In this document: positions 43,455 through 47,109 of the stretch, in pieces | How positions within the stretch are numbered: the first letter of the stretch is position 1 | How the letters are laid out: the number at the start of each line of letters is the position of its first letter | Source of the DNA: Actinomycetota bacterium | Lineage (GTDB): Bacteria > Actinomycetota > Thermoleophilia > Miltoncostaeales > Miltoncostaeaceae | Reading direction: 5' to 3' | DNA: 47,109 bases | Assembly: GCA_947475125.1 (NCBI GenBank) | Contig: CANJMX010000001.1 | Coordinates: 1-47,109, forward strand | Translations under genes and position numbers: made by a program | The notes under the pieces: generated by a model | The model's database searches: none | What the model was told of the DNA's origin: nothing | Seen by the model: the letters and a program-made list of their open reading frames with translations, nothing else

Positions 43455-44726
43455 ATGACAAGCCCACAACGCCGCCGACTGTTCGCGCCGGGCACTACCG
43501 GAGCTGTGCAGGCTGGAGCGGTCGTGATGACGGCCATTCTTACCCTGAGCGGGCTCAACTACCTCTACCAGCTAATGGCTGCGCGCTGGCTCGGCGCGGC
43601 CGATTTCGGGGTGGTGGCCACGCTCGGATCAATCGTGATGATCGTGACGCTGCCCTTCGGGGCAGTCCAGTTGTTCGTGGCCCGCGACGTCGCAGCAGAA
43701 GCGGCCGGCGGCAACGTCGACCCACTGGAGGCCGATGCTCTCTCAACCGTTGCGCTCGTTGCGACCTTCGGACTGGCCGGGGTCACGATCCTCCTCAGTC
43801 CGTGGCTGAGCTCGCTCCTCCAGATCTCCAGCTGGGTTCCGGTCATCCTCACCGGGCTTGCGCTTGCCACGGCCATTCCGCTGATTCCCCTCATCGGCGT
43901 ACTGCAAGGCAGACAGCGCTTCATCGCCTACAGCGCAGCTCTCGTCACCGGTGCGGGAGCCCGCCTGCTGGCGCTCGTGTGCCTGCTGCTACTCGGGTTC
44001 GGCCTCAATGGCGCACTCGGCGCCACCGTCATCGGCGGCGCAGCGGCAATCGCGATCGCGGCAATAAAGACTAGGGGGTGGCACATCTCCCGCAAGGCCC
44101 TTACCGGGCCTCGCACGCAGCGGGCGCTGCGGAAGGTGCTCCCGATGAGCCTCGGCTTGCTTGCGGTGACCGCGCTCGCCAACACAGACATCGTCGTCGT
44201 GAAGGGGGCACTATCGGCAGATGCGGCAGGTTCGTTTGGGGCTGCCGGGCTTATCGCGAAGATCGCACTGTTCGTGCCCGCTGCCATCATCCCAATCATG
44301 CAGTCGCGAGTCGCCATCCGCCACGCACAGAACCGCTCATCCGGAGACATCCTTCTCCGCGCAACGCTCACCACGGTTGCCTTCGGCATTACGTTCACCG
44401 CCTTTTGCTGGGCAACAGCGACGCCGCTGATGATGCTCGCGTTCGGTTCCGAGTTTGCGGCGGGCGCCAGCATCCTCCCGCTCTACTGCGGTGCGATGGT
44501 CCTGGTCAGCGTCGCAACACTTCGCATCAACTTCTTCCTTACGCGGGGGGAGAACGGTATCGGGTACATCGCCCTGGCCTGTGCCGCCGGGCAGGCACTC
44601 GCTCTACTGATCTGGCATGCAACGCTCGTACAGGTTCTTATGGTTGACATCATCGCCACCGCTGTGCTTCTGGCGATCGATACCGTCCTCACCACCATTG
44701 CGAACGCAGGTCATCGCCATGCATGA
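43455..44726 (+). CDS. Wzx/MOP-superfamily flippase
   Basis: 423-aa polytopic ORF. ..LTLSGLNYLYQLMAARWLGAADFGVVATLGSIVMIV.. is typical of MOP flippases. Confidence 0.8.
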   Translation: MTSPQRRRLFAPGTTGAVQAGAVVMTAILTLSGLNYLYQLMAARWLGAADFGVVATLGSIVMIVTLPFGAVQLFVARDVAAEAAGGNVDPLEADALSTVALVATFGLAGVTILLSPWLSSLLQISSWVPVILTGLALATAIPLIPLIGVLQGRQRFIAYSAALVTGAGARLLALVCLLLLGFGLNGALGATVIGGAAAIAIAAIKTRGWHISRKALTGPRTQRALRKVLPMSLGLLAVTALANTDIVVVKGALSADAAGSFGAAGLIAKIALFVPAAIIPIMQSRVAIRHAQNRSSGDILLRATLTTVAFGITFTAFCWATATPLMMLAFGSEFAAGASILPLYCGAMVLVSVATLRINFFLTRGENGIGYIALACAAGQALALLIWHATLVQVLMVDIIATAVLLAIDTVLTTIANAGHRHA

Positions 44727-45885
44727 CGCGAGCATGATCATCCCGCAGGCCACGGTTCGCATTGAGACGAGCGGCTTCATGGACGGTCCGGCGCAGGCGC
44801 TGCGGGAGTACCTGCTTCGTGAGGGCGTCGCCGATTTGCTGATGGTCCAGCACCCACTTGGCGCCGAAGAGCGGGGGGGGCACGTCATCAGCAGGTGGCG
44901 TGATGGTGACCTCGCAGAGCGACGGCGGGTCCGGTTGCCCCACGCCCCGCCGTGGACGTACCCCCTCGATATGCTTGTGCGTACTCCCCGACAACCCACG
45001 GATGTCTGGTTCGGTTTCAATGTCCTCGCCGTGGCGCGCGGCCTCATCGATAGGCGGCGCGGAAACGTCCGGCAAGTGGTGCAGTGGTGCGTCGACTTTG
45101 TGCCAGATCGCTTCGGTGCGGGGATGACCACGAGGGCATATGACGCCTTGGATTCGTTTGCCTGCACGCATGCGACTGCTCGCTTCGAACTCTCGACTGC
45201 GGCCCGCGATGGGCGAGACCAACGGCATGGACTTCGTCCTCCTGACATCGCGCCGGTGCACATCGTTCCGATGGGGGCTTGGCTCGATCGGGTCCCGCAA
45301 TGTCGCGAGGAGCTTGGACCCACATGGCACCTCGTCTACCTGGGGCATCTAGTGGAACGCCAGGGAGTTGGGACGTTGCTGCAGACAACGGCACGGCTCG
45401 CGCAATACGGGCGCCCGGTGCACCTCGACATCATCGGCCAGGGGCCACTGCGCGAACGCCTAGAGACAATGGCCTATGACCTCGGAATCGCCGAGCGCGT
45501 CACTTTTCACGGCTTCGTGCACAGGCACCAGGACGTGGAGCGGCTTCTGGCGGCGGCCACTGTCGGGTGCGCTCCCTACGTAGAGTCGGATGATTCATTC
45601 ACCCAGTACGCCGACCCGGGCAAGTTGAAGGCGTACCTTGGAGCGGGCCTGCCTATCGTCACCACGCGTGTTGCGCCGAATGCCGATTCCTTGGCCCGAG
45701 ATGCCGGGGCACTTGTGACCTCCCACTCCCCGGAAACGCTCGCTGCTGCCATCGAGGAGATCCATGCCAACGCCGCGTTGTGGGCAGTGCGACGGCGCGA
45801 TGCGATCGGCTATGCACAGCAGTTCGACTGGCCCCGCATCCTGCGTACTCCGCTTGCGGCCGTCGGGCTTCTCAGTCGTGAGTGA
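44719..45885 (+). CDS. GT-B fold glycosyltransferase (GT4-like)
   Basis: ATG 44719 overlaps the flippase 3' end by 8 nt, giving 388 aa. The C-terminal half has HLVYLGHLVERQGV.., ..VTFHGFV.. and ..APYVESDDSFTQYADPGKLKAYLGAGLPIVTT. Confidence 0.7.
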   Translation: MHDASMIIPQATVRIETSGFMDGPAQALREYLLREGVADLLMVQHPLGAEERGGHVISRWRDGDLAERRRVRLPHAPPWTYPLDMLVRTPRQPTDVWFGFNVLAVARGLIDRRRGNVRQVVQWCVDFVPDRFGAGMTTRAYDALDSFACTHATARFELSTAARDGRDQRHGLRPPDIAPVHIVPMGAWLDRVPQCREELGPTWHLVYLGHLVERQGVGTLLQTTARLAQYGRPVHLDIIGQGPLRERLETMAYDLGIAERVTFHGFVHRHQDVERLLAAATVGCAPYVESDDSFTQYADPGKLKAYLGAGLPIVTTRVAPNADSLARDAGALVTSHSPETLAAAIEEIHANAALWAVRRRDAIGYAQQFDWPRILRTPLAAVGLLSRE

Positions 45886-45938
45886 CCCCGCGAAACGACC
45901 ACGCGGTAGGGTGCCCGCAGGCAACTTGGAGGTGCAAG

Positions 45939-46907
45939 GTGGACGTAGACGGGGTAAACGTCATCGTGACCGGGGGAGCAGGGTTCCTCGGTTCCCACGT
46001 GGTGGCCTTGCTTCGGGACAAGGGCGCCATCTGTCACGTCCCCCGGTCGCGTGACTACGACCTTACGCGTGAGGTGGACGTCGAGCGAATGTTCAGGGAT
46101 ATGCCCGCCGACACCGTCGTCCACCTTGCCGCTGAGGTTGGCGGAATCGGCGCGAACCAGCGGAATCCCGGGCGCTACATCTTCTCGAACATGATGATGG
46201 GTGCGCTCGTCATGGAGCATGCCCGCCAAGCGGGTATCCAGAAGTACCTACAAACCGGCACCGTATGCTCGTACCCGAAGATCACGCCGGTACCATTTCG
46301 TGAGGACTCGCTCTGGGACGGATATCCCGAGGAGACGAACGCGCCATATGGCGTGGCGAAGAGAGCGCTTCTGGTCCAGGCGCAGGCATATCGGCTCCAG
46401 TACGGGATGCAAGCGATCACCCTGCTCCCCGTGAATCTCTACGGACCGCGGGACAACTTCGACCTCGAAACGTCGCATGTGATTCCGGCGCTGATCCGAA
46501 AAATGATCGAGGCGCGCGACGCGGGCAACGTGCCCGTGACCCTCTGGGGAGATGGCAGCGCGAGCCGGGAGTTCCTGTTCGTGGGCGATGCAGCGCGAGC
46601 CATCGTGCTCGCATTTCAACACTACGACGATCCCGCTCCGGTCAACCTCGGGTCGGGGCAAGAGATCTCGGTCCGGGACCTCGCAACCATCGTCGCCGAT
46701 GCCATCGGCTTTACCGGCAGCATCGAATGGGATGCAACGAAACCGAACGGACAGCCCCGCCGTTGCCTTGATACCTCCCGCGCAACCGAGATGTTCAGCT
46801 TCACAGCCGAGGTTTCCCTCGAAGAGGGGCTCGCCGCGACCGTGGAGTGGTTCACTCAGGGCGACGCAGAGCAGGCTCAAGGCAAGCCACCTTCCCAAGA
46901 TGACTGA
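45939..46907 (+). CDS. fcl: GDP-L-fucose synthase (GDP-4-keto-6-deoxy-D-mannose 3,5-epimerase/4-reductase)
   Basis: GTG 45939 is preceded by GGAGG (45928..45932), giving 322 aa. Motifs: VIVTGGAGFLGSHV, APYGVAKRALLVQAQAY, LLPVNLYGPRDNFDLETSHVIPALIRK. This is the classical Fcl/WcaG signature. Confidence 0.88.
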   Translation: MDVDGVNVIVTGGAGFLGSHVVALLRDKGAICHVPRSRDYDLTREVDVERMFRDMPADTVVHLAAEVGGIGANQRNPGRYIFSNMMMGALVMEHARQAGIQKYLQTGTVCSYPKITPVPFREDSLWDGYPEETNAPYGVAKRALLVQAQAYRLQYGMQAITLLPVNLYGPRDNFDLETSHVIPALIRKMIEARDAGNVPVTLWGDGSASREFLFVGDAARAIVLAFQHYDDPAPVNLGSGQEISVRDLATIVADAIGFTGSIEWDATKPNGQPRRCLDTSRATEMFSFTAEVSLEEGLAATVEWFTQGDAEQAQGKPPSQDD

Positions 46908-46939
46908 TGGACTCTCGCCAGAGGTTGCCCCACTAACAG

Positions 46940-47109
46940 ATGTTTGAGGGCCTCTTCACTGCGCTTCGCGACGAGGGGGTACCGGTGGCACTCGACGAGT
47001 GGCTCATGCTGCACGACGCCCTCGACCGCGACCTGCACCAGAGCACCCTCTCGGGCTTCTACCTCACGGCCCGCAGCCTGCTGGTGAAGGACGAGAGCAA
47101 CTACGACGG
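46940..47109 (+). CDS. VWA-domain (CoxE-like) protein, N-terminal fragment running off the window
   Basis: Not in the ORF track because it has no stop in the window. Hand translation from ATG 46940: MFEGLFTALRDEGVPVALDEWLMLHDALDRDLHQSTLSGFYLTARSLLVKDESNYD. The ..LR..G[VI]PV...E......AL.. pattern is how CoxE-type VWA partners of MoxR ATPases begin. Confidence 0.55.
   Translation, partial: MFEGLFTALRDEGVPVALDEWLMLHDALDRDLHQSTLSGFYLTARSLLVKDESNYD

Larger units (their letters stand above)
38598..46939. other. Lower-G+C glycan-gene islet (7 genes) lying between the MoxR ATPase gene and its expected VWA partner gene
   Basis: Hand counts of single 60-nt lines gave 45-68% G+C at eight lines inside the islet (starting at 38641, 39001, 39961, 40861, 42301, 44401, 45361, 46441). 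Three lines outside (9301, 20101, 33001) gave 68-75%. No integrase, transposase, tRNA or flanking direct repeat was seen. Confidence 0.5.

Overview
This is a high-G+C (about 70% by eye) actinobacterial-type chromosomal segment, densely packed with about 46 protein-coding genes. I saw no rRNA, tRNA, CRISPR array, transposase or integrase. Almost the whole window is a cell-envelope glycopolymer biosynthesis super-locus. By motif reading it holds 9 GT4/GT-B glycosyltransferases plus one degenerate GT-B-like protein, and 9 GT2 glycosyltransferases, three of them Dpm1/GtrB/PpgS-like polyprenyl-phosphate-sugar synthases. It also holds 3 polytopic GT-C-like membrane proteins, 3 Wzx/MOP-type flippases, one Wzm/Wzt ABC exporter whose ATPase carries a C-terminal extra domain, and 3 SAM methyltransferases. 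Sugar-nucleotide genes are gmd+rmd (GDP-D-rhamnose branch), fcl (GDP-L-fucose), an orphan rmlC, and a three-gene NDP-sugar cassette of unknown product. Genes sit in tightly coupled operons with many ATGA/GTGA start-stop overlaps. Most operon-initial start codons have a TAnnnT hexamer 6-9 nt upstream, which suggests leaderless transcripts. The most notable observations are: (1) An ~8.3 kb lower-G+C glycan-gene islet (38598..46939) lies between a MoxR-type AAA+ ATPase gene and the start of its expected VWA partner gene at the window edge. (2) A duplicated 'GT-C-like protein + small bitopic partner' module exists, and in the second copy the partner's C-terminal TM helix is a separate 45-codon ORF absent from the ORF track. 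(3) A GacI/GacJ/GacK- or PpgS/Rv3632-like side-chain decoration module is present. (4) A coiled-coil methyltransferase plus a Wzt with a C-terminal domain suggest capped-chain, ruler-type length control of a D-rhamnan-like polymer. (5) Two large glycosyltransferases share an uncharacterised repeat-containing extension. All functional calls come from reading motifs in the translations. No database search was possible, so family names are recognition-based and start codons are often uncertain.
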